DNA from: Octopus sinensis
Lineage: Eukaryota
Direction of reading: 5' to 3'
DNA length: 64,000 nt
Assembly (NCBI RefSeq): GCF_006345805.1
Contig: NC_043004.1
Coordinates: 22,320,001 to 22,384,000, forward strand
The translations under genes and the position numbers were made by a program. Shown here in pieces: positions 39,701 through 52,766 of the stretch (within the stretch, counting starts at the first letter, position 1; each line of letters opens with the position of its first letter). The notes beneath the pieces were generated by a model. The model had not been told where the DNA came from and did no database searches. It saw only the letters and a list, made by a program, of their open reading frames with translations.

Positions 39701-40149
39701 TTTACAAATATAACTATGAATGTATGTATGTCTGCATGTGTATATTATGTATGGATGGATTTATTTGCATGTATTCAGTGGACTCTCATTTATTTATTGC
39801 ACATGAAATCGATTTATATCAATATTAAATCTTGTCAAATCCACTCCATATTGTTACAAATATTGAACAAAAAGTTTGACAAGTTTTCAGAGACGACTAT
39901 CCCAGCTGCATCCATGCTCGGAAAACTACTAGAGAGATGAAAAAGAGAGAGATAATCAATGTCATTTCAAGTGAAATACATTAGTTTATACATCACGTTT
40001 GAAATGGATTTATTTATAAATAAAACTTTTTTTCATAAGTTTGCATAGGTATCAAGCCACTTGTTGACTAGCTCCCTATACACATACAATACAACGTAAT
40101 ACTTGATGTTTCATGACAGCAAATAAGACATCGACAGACTTTCAGTTAT

Positions 40150-41180
40150 CTGTATGTATACAAATATATGTTCTGTTCTGTTTATAATGATCTACGTTCT
40201 TCCTCTGAGGTGGTTTCCAACACCGAAACAAAGCTCCGTATTTGGAAAGTAGATAACAAGAACAATGTCAGATTTCAAACCTTTGAAAAGTATTGTATAT
40301 TTTTACTGTACCACATACAGACTCTATTGATAATCTGTGAGTTGGTTTGTTTTTATCTTCTGAAAAATCCAAGCTTATCCAGACTCTTAGGCAGCCAAGT
40401 GTACCAAAGGTATAGATATAATCTGGATATAGAAGCAGGTGGTTTCAAAACAGTTGTCTATAATTACCCCCTTTCTCTTTGCTTTTCCTGCGCAGGACAG
40501 TTGGCCTCTTGACGGTACATACCTTTTCTTCTCTGTCCCAAATAGTAATATATCCGGCATGTTATGCTTGACAGGTGTTTTGATAGGAATGTTCCACCAG
40601 AATTCTCTGTGTTGATGTTTATACACGTATTTACTTCGGGACAGTCTTTTTTCTAGATGTCATTGTATATTGTTTTTGCGACAACATCGTGTTGCATAGC
40701 GAAATAGTAACGTAACATTTTGGTAAAGCTGCTAATCACACTTGTGATGTCTTCCATAGAAATATGACAATCTACATTTTCGCTTCTATCTGGGAAATAA
40801 AAGGCCTTTACTGTCTCTTTTGTTTACTAGGTATTTAGCAGCAATCGCCTATTCTTGAATTGCAAATGCACAGCCTTCGAAGTATGATGGGATTTATCGG
40901 TTGCGAGTTCAGTATAAGTTTCGATTCATGTCAATACTACTGTCCTCTTGAAGACTTCGGGGAATGTACCCATGCATGCACATGCTTTTCTGTGCTGAGC
41001 TTTTCACATCCAGGTCTTTGAGGTATGTTAGTCCGACTGTTTTGGTCTTATATGGAAGGTCAGTGGGAAGACATTGCTTCTTGAGGGGCTTGTTGCCGAC
41101 TCGTAAGAATTTGTTCTCTTAAATTTTGAGAACTGAGTTACAGTATTTAGTATTGCTGTCTGAGAGAGATGATACGGCAT
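40150..41180 (-). mobile_element. R4/Dong-like LINE 3' fragment, second subfamily
   Basis: EFWWNIPIKTPVKHNMPDILL (PD motif of the restriction-like endonuclease); 3' UTR shared with 61140-62140. Confidence 0.8.
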
Positions 41181-41319
41181 GTATGTTTGTCATCATTTCA
41201 TTTTATTTCACGATTTCTTGCCAATAGAGAAAAGCCACTTTCTAATCTAGATTCAAGGCTCCTTCGTTCAAATTTCACCAACATCAACAGGGTATGTTTG
41301 CGTGTACGTGTGTATGTAT

Positions 41320-41595
41320 GCAGTAGTTAGTGTCAGTGCATGTATTTTGTGTTTTACGTATATATTCTTATGAATATAGTTACATGCCCAGACATGAGCA
41401 TATATACTTAAATGGTAGATTTCTGGAAATTTTAGAATTTTTTTACAGTTCTAGCGATGACTTGAATCTGTAGTCCTCGATTCAGATTTCTCTTTTCTGG
41501 TTTTGAAAAGCCTAATTTCTCAAGACTAGTGCTTAGGCAGTTTGTTATATATCCCAGTGCCACAATAATTACAAGTATAAACCTGAACTTGTATG
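41320..41595 (-). mobile_element. R4/Dong-like 3' end
   Basis: TTCTGGTTTTGAAAAGCCTAATTTCTCAAG shared with 23150 and 24451 copies. Confidence 0.75.
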
Positions 41596-41617
41596 TATGT
41601 ATTATTTCTCTCTTTCA

Positions 41618-41662
<45 letters not shown>

Positions 41663-42947
41663 TATGTTGCTCGAAATGTGGTGTAGATAAACTGCCGACA
41701 ATTCATGAAGGGTGGTTCTTTATGTTACTTGTTTTCTTTCCATTTGTTTCTTTCGTTGACCGCATTGTTATGTGATAAATAATTAAAACCTATTGATAGT
41801 TGGCCACATGCAAAATATTATGCTTTATAATTTTTAACGAATCGTCCGTGTCACAATTGATTTTCTACAATGATTTGTGTAGCGAATTTCTACAGCATGT
41901 AGTCATTTCTACTTAATGTAAATTATATCAAGTAAATGATATAAAAAAAGATTTTTCATTCGTAGGTGTTCTTTAAGTATATTGTAAAGGAGGTTGTTTC
42001 TACGTTCGGTAGAAATGAAATTATATAGAGTTTGTTTTTATTTCCCATATTTCAACTTAACGATGAAGCGTTTTTTTCTCACTATTTTATTAAAGCTATC
42101 TCACGTATTATAAGCTGGTATGTAAGCTGTCAATTACTTCTGTAATGAGTATCCACCGAAATTTTGTAACGGTTATTTATGTAAATAATTAGCAATTTAA
42201 ATGTTAAAATTTTCAGAAATTAAAATTAGCTATTTAGGTTTAAAATGCCGAATTTAAAATATGAAAATTGAAGTTCAGATAACGCATTCCAATAAAATAA
42301 AATGAAGGCATGAAGTTAAGGCATGGAAGTAGAAAATTAAGAGAAGCAGGTTATATTATATATTTTAATCGGCAGAAAATTACCAAAGTAATTCAAAGGT
42401 GAGAATCTTGTGGGTGGCATGTATCGAATTGACTCAGACACTAGAGCAGGTTCCCTATAGGGGAATGGACAGTTAGGAATTTATCTTAACATTCAGGTGA
42501 AATTAGAACGTTAGAATGATCGAACTACATTTTAAACAAAGTAGGTTTCAGAGAAAATTAAACAGAGATGCACATACATGGAGCACAGAATTTATTTTAC
42601 ATGCTTATATCATTTTGGGTGTTCTGTGGTGTACATACACACACATAAACGTGCGAACACAACTGTAACTGTATAACCATAGTTTCCAGTTTCCGTCAGA
42701 ACATTTCCGATGTTGAAATCAGATTAGATTATTGTGGCAGTTTTTATATAAGTGCTAACACTCTTAGATGTTCAGAAATGTTTACTGCTTGATTTGAAGA
42801 GCTTGGTGGTGTACGATGACCGTTCGTCGCACGTTAGACAACTTTACGATAATTTCTTTAAAATCAATACTAACTGCCATAGCCACACGAATAGTAGTAG
42901 TAGTAGTAGTAGCAGCAGCAGCAGCAGCAGTAGTTGCAGATTTCGAG

Positions 42948-43110
42948 GGGAGGCGTTGAGTCGACGACGCGACCTCAGTACTTGACTGATAGATATTTTA
43001 TCGGCCCTGAATGGATAACATGCGAAATTTACCTCGACTGAATTTTAACTCAGAATTTACAGACGGACGGAATGTCGCTAAGTATTTAGTCCGGCGTGCC
43101 AACCGATTTC
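42948..43110 (-). mobile_element. Diverged SINE family B
   Basis: ACCTCGACTGAATTTTAACTCAGAA...GACGGACG. Confidence 0.55.
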
Positions 43111-43117
43111 ATCAAAG

Positions 43118-43737
43118 TAGAGTGTTTTAAAGTAAACAAAAGAAACTTTTCGCCCAGCTTGGCGGCAGATAAAGAACGGAGGCAATTATTCCAGACACCA
43201 ATGAGAACAAACAAGTTTCGTGAAAGAATTTGGAACGTGAGTAAAGAGCAAAACCTGGAAGCCTTGTGACAGAAAATGATCGAAAATTTACTTAAAGACA
43301 AGAATCGACAGGAGAATGTAGTATTAACCCAGAAGAAATTGCAAAAACAACAATGCGGACTCCGAAATTTCTGGGCTACTGGCAAAAGACTACCAGGTCA
43401 GTCAGTCCTGTGCTCACTGCATTGCTAAATGGACAGATTGAGAGAGGTAGCATGCGGAAAGGGCTGACTACAGGAAGTACAACATTGATTGTCAAAAGAT
43501 TGGGCAAAAAGGAAATAGCATTTCAAATTTCAGACCCATTACTTGTCTTCTGTTAATGTGGAAGTTATTAACGGGAATGCTATCAGAGGGGTTGTATGAA
43601 CATCTGGAAAAGGCTAACTTACTAACAGGGGCGCGAGAAAGGGATGCAGGAGAAAGTATAGAAGCGCCAAAGGCCAGGTGCTAATTGATAAAATGATTAT
43701 CTAATATCACAGGAGGAAACAAATAAATCTGACTGCG
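43118..43737 (+). mobile_element. R4/Dong-like LINE reverse transcriptase N-terminal fragment
   Basis: FRPITCLLLMWKLLTGMLSEGLYEHLEK, KGCRRK, LIDKMI in broken frames. Confidence 0.8.
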
Positions 43738-43745
43738 TTATTATA

Positions 43746-44197
43746 AGGTAGCGAGTTGGCAGAATCGTTAGCACGCCGGATTGCGGATTTCGTAGGTTTT
43801 GAAATTCTACCGAGTTAAATTTTGCCGAGGCTGACTTTGCCTTTCATCTTTACGTGGTCCAAAACAGATGTACGAATTGAACACTGGGATCGGTGTAATT
43901 GACTTCTTCCGAAATTGCTGGCCTTGCACCAAAACTAAAAAATCAATATTAACATGACTATTATTAATAGTCATATTAATAATGGTTTCAAATTTTGGAT
44001 CATTGCTATCAATTGTTGAGGGAAGAGAGAAGTCGATTACATCGACGCCATTCTTTATACGGTACTTATTTTATTGGCCGAGAAAGTGTGAAAGGCAAAA
44101 TCGAACTCGGTGGTGTTTGAACTAAGAACGTAAAAGACGGACGATATGCTGCTAAAGATTTTGTCGTGTGTGTATACGATTCTGTCAGCTCACTGTT
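43746..44197. mobile_element. Two SINE B-related copies tail-to-tail (43746-43945 plus, 43981-44197 minus)
   Basis: Both carry GAGYTGRCAGAATCG heads. Confidence 0.7.
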
Positions 44198-44306
44198 TTT
44201 ATAGTTATGTTAATGATAATGCCAGGAAATAATATTATTTATTTCTAAGTAAATTAAGCTATTTTCGAGTCGGGCTGAGTAGAATTAATCATATTAAGTC
44301 GTGGTT

Positions 44307-44366
44307 ACTCTTTTACTGTTTTACTTGTTTCAGTCATTTGACTGCGGCCATGCTGGAGCACCGCCT
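44307..44366 (-). mobile_element. SINE family A 3' tail fused downstream of the 5S copy
   Basis: Reverse strand AGGCGGTGCTCCAGCATGGCCGCAGTCAAATGACTGAAACAAGTAAAACAGTAAAAGAG. Confidence 0.9.
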
Positions 44367-44378
44367 ATATAAAGGGAA

Positions 44379-44497
44379 TGCTTACAACACCTAGGTTTCC
44401 CAAGCGGTCACCCATCTAAGTACTAACAAGGCTCGATGTTGCTTAACTTCGGTGATCAGACGAGAACCGGTGCTTTCAACGTGATATGGCCGTAAGC
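44379..44497 (-). rRNA. Full-length 5S rRNA copy, probably a retroposed pseudogene
   Basis: 119 nt, GCTTACGGCCATATCACGTTGAAAGCACCGGTTCTCGTCTGATCACCGAAGTTAAGC...TTAGTACTTAGATGGGTGACCGCTTGGGAA...TGTAAGCA; single copy, no T4 terminator immediately downstream. Confidence 0.92.
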
Positions 44498-44633
44498 CAT
44501 ATGGTTGTGAGCGTCCTTATTAAATTCAGTCAACGGTTTGTACTGATCTTACTCAGTGTCGCTTATAATCCTCACGACGAATTTTTAGACACATTTTCTG
44601 TAAAATGTTTCTTATTTACTATCAGATATGACG

Positions 44634-44695
44634 TATAATATAATATAATATAATATAATATAATATAATATAATATAATATAATATGATATAATA
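44634..44695. repeat. (TAATA)n pentanucleotide repeat
   Basis: Visible tract. Confidence 0.9.
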
Positions 44696-46284
44696 TCTAT
44701 GTGTCAAAACAAAATTGGAAAACCTCTTTTTAATACATCTCCGATGTCAGTCTCAAATAGATTTAAGATAATGCTCTCAATGCGCGGACGTGAAAACATT
44801 TTTTTTAACCATGTTCCCATTATACATTGTTTTCAGAATACGTACATCTATTCTGTGGACATTGTAATTAGATTTAAACTCTGTATTGATATGTTACTAT
44901 CCTTATTATTCAATTTGGGCTCCAATCAACAAACTTACATTTACTTACTTGCATCATAATAGAATGTATTCATCTTTGTTTCCGTTGCTTCTATAACCTT
45001 TCAAGGTGGAGCTTAATTAGTCAAACCCTGATTGATATTACAAAACTACTCTGTTAACGTACATGAAGCATATTGTATTACCAAAAGATAATATAAATAT
45101 AATTAGAAATTAGCCAAGTATCATTCAAGTGAGCAGTTGCATTACGAAAACAATTTCGACGCCCCTCTATGGCAAAATGTAAATGAGACAATCTATACAA
45201 TATATAGATAACTTTCGTGAAATTCTCTTGTTTGCATATGAATGTAAGAATTGATATCAGAAGTGATACATAAGACCTACAAATGTTAGAAATCCAATTT
45301 TCTCACAAGATGCATCAACAATGCATGGTTTTCAAATTACAATTATATGAATATTTATTGTTCTGTATCTTAATAAAAAAGAAAAAAAAGCGAGATACAA
45401 CGACTTCCTATTTCATATTAATGTACCCCTTCCTGGATACGTATATTCAAATACGAATTTTCATAGCAATGTGCTACATACATGCACATGCGCTCATACA
45501 CACATTTGTATACACGTGTATGTATATATATATATATATATAATATATATATATATAAGTATGTATGTATGTATATATAGATGCATAAATATATAGAATG
45601 TTACTCTAAAGAACCAATTTAAACTTAATTACCATTTTTCAGATTACGGTATAAAATTCATTGCAAAAACATTCAATATAATCCAAAATATGCTTACAAA
45701 CACACGCACGTTAAGGCAGACGCGCACATGCTCACATATGCGTACACACACATATGAACGCAGGCATACGCACACACAGCTTCCAATAGTGTTGTGTGAA
45801 CTTCTTATTGGAAAGGAAGTTACCGAAAATCTTGAGCATTTTACTGCTTTATCGATTTCTTAATATCGATATTTTGAATGTACATATCAAACAGAGATAA
45901 ATATAGAAAACATATGAGAAAACCTGGTTCAAATCGAAATATTATTCACTACTTAACACATAAGGTGACCTTGGTAATAATAATTATAATAGATATAACG
46001 TAGAACGTAAGGACGGACTAACTGCGAGGTCCCCAGAGAATAATCATCTAATTTTCCTCTTAACATATCTAAATTCTTAGAAAAACGAAATGCAGTCATG
46101 GCTGATGGTAGGCGTAGACATATTTGCAATTTGGAAGGTTGCTTCAGAACCTTCTGATTTGGGAATCAGTCTCCTTACGCATGTAAGTATCTTCTAATAT
46201 GGCTCCAGCTGACCAAGTCCTCGTAAATGTGTTGGGCAAAGGGAATATGAAAGAAGACCGTTACAGGTGTGGCTGTGTGGTATA

Positions 46285-46669
46285 GGCGCAGACGTGGCTG
46301 TGTGGTAAGTAGCTTGCTTACCAACCACATGGATCCGGGTTCAGTCACACTGCGTGGCACCTTGAGCAAGTGTATTCTACTATAGCCTCGGGCCGACCAA
46401 AGTCTTGTGAGTGTATTTGGTAGACGGAAACTGAAAGAAGCCCATCGTATATATATATATATGTGTGTGTGTGTTTGTATGTTTGTCCCCACAACATCGC
46501 TTCACAACCGATGCTGGTGTGTTTACGCCCCCATAACTTAGCGGCTCGGCAAAAGTGACCGATAGAATAAGTACAAGGCTTACGAAGAATAAGTCCTGTA
46601 GTCGATTTGTTCGACTAAAGGCGGTGCTCCAGCATGGCCGCAGTCAATGACTGAAACAAGTAAAAGAAT
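46285..46669 (+). mobile_element. SINE family A, full length
   Basis: GGCGCAGACGTGGCTGTGTGGTAAGTAGCTTGCTTACC...GAAACAAGTAAAAGAA. Confidence 0.92.
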
Positions 46670-46831
46670 ATATATATATATATATGGGGATAGTGATGCA
46701 GATACACAAGTAAAATTGCTTGGAATAAATATATACAATATTCTTACATGTATACAGTGACAAACAAAGACTGAAAATATTCAGACGATGAACATTCATG
46801 TATGAATATATAGATATTTAGATATTAACAG

Positions 46832-47430
46832 AGTGTGAAGGGGCGTGCCTTTGTGGCAAGGGAGTTCAATTTTCGGTTACGCGTTGTGTCCTTATTTCAC
46901 GTTACTCCAATCCACTCAGCAGGCAAAAATGAGTAGCAATTGTATTTCAGAGGGCCCGCCTTGTCATATTTGGTATCATGCTGAACCTCCATGAGAAGTA
47001 CATTAAGGGTACACATGTCTGTGAAGTGCTCTGCCACATACTCGTTAAATTCACGAGAATACTGTTGCTTTGATTGGGTCAACTGGAACCCTTGTCGTCG
47101 TACATATTAACAGAGTGTATTTACTCATAGTGCAAATACACGGACAACTGAGGGGAGAATTCATGGTATATCAGGTCCGACAGAGACATGTGCGTCTGTG
47201 CGTGTCTTTGTATGTGTGCGTGACTTTGTGTGTCTTTGTCCCAACACATAGATGCTGGTCTATTAACATCCCCGTGATCAAGCGGTTCGGCGAACTGAAC
47301 TGATAGAATAAGTACCAGGCTTAGATGAAGAGTACTGAGATTGATTAGTTCGATTTGACCCCCCTTCAAAGCGGTATTATAGTATGACCACAATGTAAAC
47401 ACCGAAACGAATAAAAAATAAAGGATAGTA
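46832..47430 (+). mobile_element. Diverged SINE (central domain like families C/D, 46832-47101) followed by a SINE A-like 3' part (47200-47430)
   Basis: TTATTTCACGTTACTCCAATCCACTCAGC; GATAGAATAAGTACCAGGC. Confidence 0.55.
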
Positions 47431-47739
47431 TAGTGATATATGGAGCATAGAAACCGAGAACGTTGTTAAGCTTGGTCTATTTTATCTGCAGAATTATTAA
47501 TTAAAATGTGACTATGTATAAAGATATATTAATGTCTGGAATAATACTGATAGTGACTGATGAAGGCTGACTTGAAGATCAAGAATAATAACAAGTATAA
47601 TAAGACAAGGAATTAATGTTACATAAGGATAATAAATGAACAGCTGTTAGAATCACAAATAGCTGGTTAGTGTTTATATTGTAATAATAACGAATAGCGG
47701 CTTTAATGACGGGAAGAGTGATAATGTTGATGGCAGTGC

Positions 47740-48330
47740 CGGAAAGGAGTGTGGTGACCATCATGGTGGTGGTGGTGGTGATAATGATAGTTGTGGTGAT
47801 GATTTTTGTGGTGTTAGCGAGTCTAATTGTGACTGTGATGATGATGATGAAGGTAGTGGTGTTGGCGGTAGTGTTGGTGTTGGCGGTAGTGGTGGTATTG
47901 GCGGTAGCGGTGGTGTTGGCTGTAGCGGTGGTGATGGTGGTGGAGGTGATGATGATTGTGGTAAATGTCATGATGAAGATAAGGAAATGGTGGTGATAGT
48001 AAAAGTGTACGTGGCGATGATGAAGGTGGTGGTATTGGTGGTGATCGTGGTGGTGGCGGTGGTGGAAGTGATGATGATGATGATGATGTGACGGTGGTTG
48101 TCGCCATGGCGCTGATTATGGTGATGATGGTGGTAGCGTAGTGTTAATGATTATGGTGGTGGTGGTGGTAGTAGTATTGGTGGGGATGGTAGAAGGGACG
48201 ACATTCGTGGTATTTATGACGCTGATGATAGTGATGACAGAAGTTGTTTAGTGGTGCCGACGATGAGACGATGGCGGTGATGGTGATGATTATAATGATG
48301 ATGATGATGATGATGATGACGGTGGTGATG
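47740..48330. repeat. Degenerate (GGT)n/(GAT)n trinucleotide tract
   Basis: Visible tract. Confidence 0.9.
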
Positions 48331-50440
48331 GGTAGGAATGTGGGAACATTCTGATAATTCAGTCAAAAGTTTTATCGTAGTTTTATCAGAAGCTAACTTT
48401 ACATCCCTTCTAATAAAGCTGTCAATGCAGATGAGGAGGAACCTTTACAAATGTCTACATTAAAATCAAGTTGGACCCAACAACACAATTTTAACCCTAA
48501 TAAAGAATTCAGAGCCAGGGGAACAACTTCGTTGCCAAGCCAATATCCACACATACACACACAGACACACACAGAGTATTTCCCAAATACCCACTATTCG
48601 GTGAGCTATAATTTTTGACACAAATGGATAAATATTACTGACGTTTAATAACAACTATAAATACAATTATTTTAATTATATTCCAGACATTATAATGAAA
48701 AGTTGAATCAATCATAATATTCGAAGAAGATTTACATTATGTTAGTTTTTCACTTATTTGCATTACACAGAGTTATTGTTTTAAACATATTAATGAGAAT
48801 ATAAATGCCTATTTCTGTTTCTCATATATATAACTATAGAGAAATATCCTTGGTAAACGTGACATATAATGTTCGCTACGTTCGCTAATACTATAGGGTA
48901 TGAAAGTCTATGAATGTGCATGAGTATATATCTAAATATATTACTTCCTGGTAATTTATTGAATACAGCTAACTCGTACAAGAATATTCTATTATACGGT
49001 ATATCCTATTATACAATATCCTACAATACCGCACTTCATTAATCAAAAATCGGTTTTCTGTTATTACTGGTATATAATATATGCCACCTGCATCATGACA
49101 GGCAGTATCAAGTTCTGAATTCAACATTCGTTGCTATTTTCGAAGGGCGGATATTATTTTCATCGTCGTCATCATCATCATCCTCATCATCATCATCATT
49201 TCAAAGCTGTTATGTGTGAATTTAACAAGCAGCGAAGTGGTCTTGAATTTGGGTGATAACAAGTCTCCAAAAATTTCAAAAGCTCTTTTCAGGAATTTTG
49301 CAAAATACACGATCACATTTTTCTGCAGTTCGACCATGCTAGCCTCAATTCCCAATACCTTTCCCTTCACAATATAACTGTTTAACCAATAAGAATGACA
49401 TTTCAGGTCTGCGATGTATTTTCTAAACGTTGCTCGCACTGAATAGCAATTTAGTGATTCTAAGTATGTATTCGTGTATATGTCTATTTTTGATTATATA
49501 GGTATATACATGTGTGTCTGTGTGTGTGTATGTTTATGAAAACATTACCACATACATTTAGAAATATTCTAGGTTTCCTATCATTTTGTTTCTAAAATAG
49601 GTTACTTTAATTCCAAATTGGAATTAAAATTGCTGATCTCTGCAAAAAAATAAAATAAAAAAAAGACAAATCCTAGTTGAAGACACACCTTGTATTTTTC
49701 ATAAAAAAAGAAAAGCCATATAAAAAAAAAAAAGTAAAATATGTAGAAAGAAAATATAATCCCCAATCTTTTTCAGTGTAAATCACATTAAATTCAGGTT
49801 TGTGCATCTTGAATAAATTCAGTATCTTCTAAATTTTAAAGATAGGAATCTGATTTTATTTTTTTCTTGGATTTTTGTATTATTAGATCAAGCAACAATA
49901 ATCCCGTGAAACGTGTTCTATTAAAAGTCTTAGATTATAAAAGTAAGATAAATTATTTCTTTAAAATAGTTCTAAAGAGCAGCGTATTTGTGTTTCAATA
50001 AGGAGAGAAACGAAAATATTAACTACAAAGTGTAATTATATATAAGTTAGGAGTGCTTTGCGTGTTTTTATACACGTTCATAGACAAATGCAGATACGTT
50101 AGTTAAATGCCTATAAACAAAGATACATGTAACAATATTTGAACTATTAATTATCAAAATTTACCATAACCAAAACAAATGTTTTGACAACTAACCATCA
50201 TAAATACACACAGAAACATAATATATGAGCAGGTTTAGAAGCATACTATACAATATGTCCTTCAAGTTTTAAAACCGGATATTGTAATTTGATAGAATAT
50301 TCGTTTAATCCCAAACAGAGTTGTCTGGAGCCACCCACTCGTTAAATCTTTGATGCTCGTGTAATCATCTTAAAACATAAAGCATAAAATACTATTCTTA
50401 AGCGAATCTAAAATTTTTATCTTATTTCTTACTTTTTAAG

Positions 50441-50652
50441 CCTGGAATCTTTCGCCGTGAATTTAAATGGAAAGGTTGTAATCTAAGCGACCTATTTTGT
50501 TTATTGTCAATTATCTGGATTCAGGTAAAAATATGACAGAAAAAATAGAAGGGAAATATACTGATGTAAATCAGAAAAACGTTTTGTTTATTCTCAGGAT
50601 ACTTTTGTCCTTTATCTGTAGCGCAGAAATCTCTGTCATCCTCAGTTGACTC
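50441..50652 (+). other. Candidate exon pair (50441-50524, 50598-50652) around a 73-nt intron
   Basis: TTCTTACTTTTTAAG/, CAG/GTAAAA, TTTATTCTCAG/, CTC/GTAAGT; joined frame stops early. Confidence 0.15.
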
Positions 50653-51187
50653 GTAAGTAATATCTCCAGCACATAAATGTAAAACACCTAGCAATTTTCT
50701 TGTCACTTTGATATTTTCAATTGTGTAGCGCCTCTCTTGGTTTGTAATTTCAGGCTAGATAGATTAAAAGTGGAATAGCTGATAGCATTAGCTCAGGACA
50801 CGATTCCATTAAGAGGATTCTAATTCACTTCCAATAATCCCCAACGACCTCACGCTCAACACACTATAACACTGTGTTTATTGAATCTAAATCAGTTTGA
50901 ACCTACTTGAAAATAAAGTAAATAGTAACGAACGTTCCGTGTGAAGATTTCTTGTAAGCATCATAGCATCATCATCCAAATTACCTTTTCTCAAGATTCT
51001 CTGGCACCCCACAATTTAGTTTTATCTCATCCTCTCTTTTGCTTACATTTGGATTGTATAAGAAGTTGAATACTTTCCACAAGGCATGAAATATCACAGT
51101 GATATTTACGCATCCAAGCTGTGTCAAGAGTAAGAGTAAAACGTTTATATAAGGAAGTTAAAGCAAGCCATATATACATATATATAT

Positions 51188-51266
<79 letters not shown>

Positions 51267-51498
51267 TATATTATATATATATATATATTATATTTATTAT
51301 ATTATATTATATTATATTATACAGTATTCACACTATGCAGTGGTATCTAAAGCGGTTCGTATACCTATAGGGCATATTTAAATGCAAATTAAAATTTACA
51401 GTTAAATGTTATAGATTTAGACATTTTAAAACTACAGATTTCTAACCCCCGATACTGAGATCGCTGCTTGATGAGGCGATTCAATTCGCAAAAACATA

Positions 51499-52766
51499 CA
51501 GGAGTTGGGACAAAATAATGGAATCACCTTAAAATTTCAAACAAACTTATTTTGATATTGGTCAGGACCGCCTTTGGCAGTAATTACAGCTTGAATTCTA
51601 CGAGCTATGGACTCGTACATAGTTTGAATTTGTTTCCAAAGGAATTTTTGTCCATTCTTCAGCTAAAACAGTCCCCAGCTCTTGTAGTGATGATGGTGAA
51701 TGATATCGACTCCTTACTTGTTTTTCTAAAATGCACCATAAACGTTCGATAATATTGAGATCCTGGGACTTCGTGGCCAAATAATATGTTCAACTTCAAT
51801 AGAATGTTCTTCCTGCCATACAGTAAACAATTTTAGCTGTGTGAATTGGTGCATTATCATCCTGAAAGATTGCGTTTCTCTCCGGAAATAGTTCTGTAAT
51901 CATAGGATGAACTTGATCAGATAAAATGCTTAAATAGTCTTCACTATTAATTCTACCATGAAGGGAAACCATTGGGCCGGCAGATTTCCAAGATGCAGAT
52001 CCCCACATCATCACAGATCATCCTCCATGCTTAACAATTGGAAGAAAGCAGTCTGGGTCAAATGCTTCTTTTGGCTGTCTCCACACGTATACTCGGCCGT
52101 TGGTTGGAAATAATGTAAAGGATGACTCGTCCGAGAAAATAACATTTTTCATTGCCCTAGGCACCAATTCCGTAGGTTTTTATTATATTCTAAACGCTTT
52201 GCAACTTTTGATTTTTGAGGTAGCTGTTCTCTGATTGCAGCCCTCCCGTGAAATCCGGATTTGTACAGCTTCCAGCTAACATTTTTTGTGGAAACTGGAT
52301 TCTCGAGGCTGTCCGTAAGCTCTGCAGTAATTTTGGAATCTGTACTTTTGTGATCCTTTCTAACAATTCGCGTAAGTGTCCGATGGTCCCTATCTGAATG
52401 TTTTGGTTTTCTTCTGGAGTTTTGTTCCGACGAGGAGGCTTTCCCCTCTTTCTCAAAGGCTGTCATTACTTTGGAGAGAGTACTCCTTGATACACCAATC
52501 ATTTCAGCTGCTTTCGTTACGTTAGCGCCTGCCAACAGTTTGAACCCCTTTGAAAGTCCGATAGATCTGTCATTTTAATGAATTTTAATTACCTTTTTCT
52601 GATGATATCTGAAAAGAAACAGCAATTTTAGCAAAACATATTAAGCAAGTTAATAATAAATGATTAAAAAAAACATAAAAATAAAGAAGCTCTTGACGGT
52701 TTTATAGATATTTCAAAATTATGATGCTGAGATGCTAGTTGTTTCCATTATTTTGTCCAACCCCTG
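51499..52766 (-). mobile_element. Near full-length Tc1 (DD34E) transposon, frameshifted transposase at about 52573-51550
   Basis: TIRs CAGG(A/G)GTTG(G)GACAAAATAATGGAA, TA at left; motifs FSDES, VMMWG, FQDDNAPIH, QDLNIIERLW. Confidence 0.92.

Noticed and set aside
40205-40240. CTGAGGT...CCGAAAC as a hammerhead
   Set aside because: Stems I and III do not form; better read as a LINE 3' UTR hairpin
47579-48107. Thr-, Val- and His/Pro-rich ORFs resembling mucin or membrane proteins
   Set aside because: Products of a degenerate GGT/GAT repeat, open in several frames on both strands
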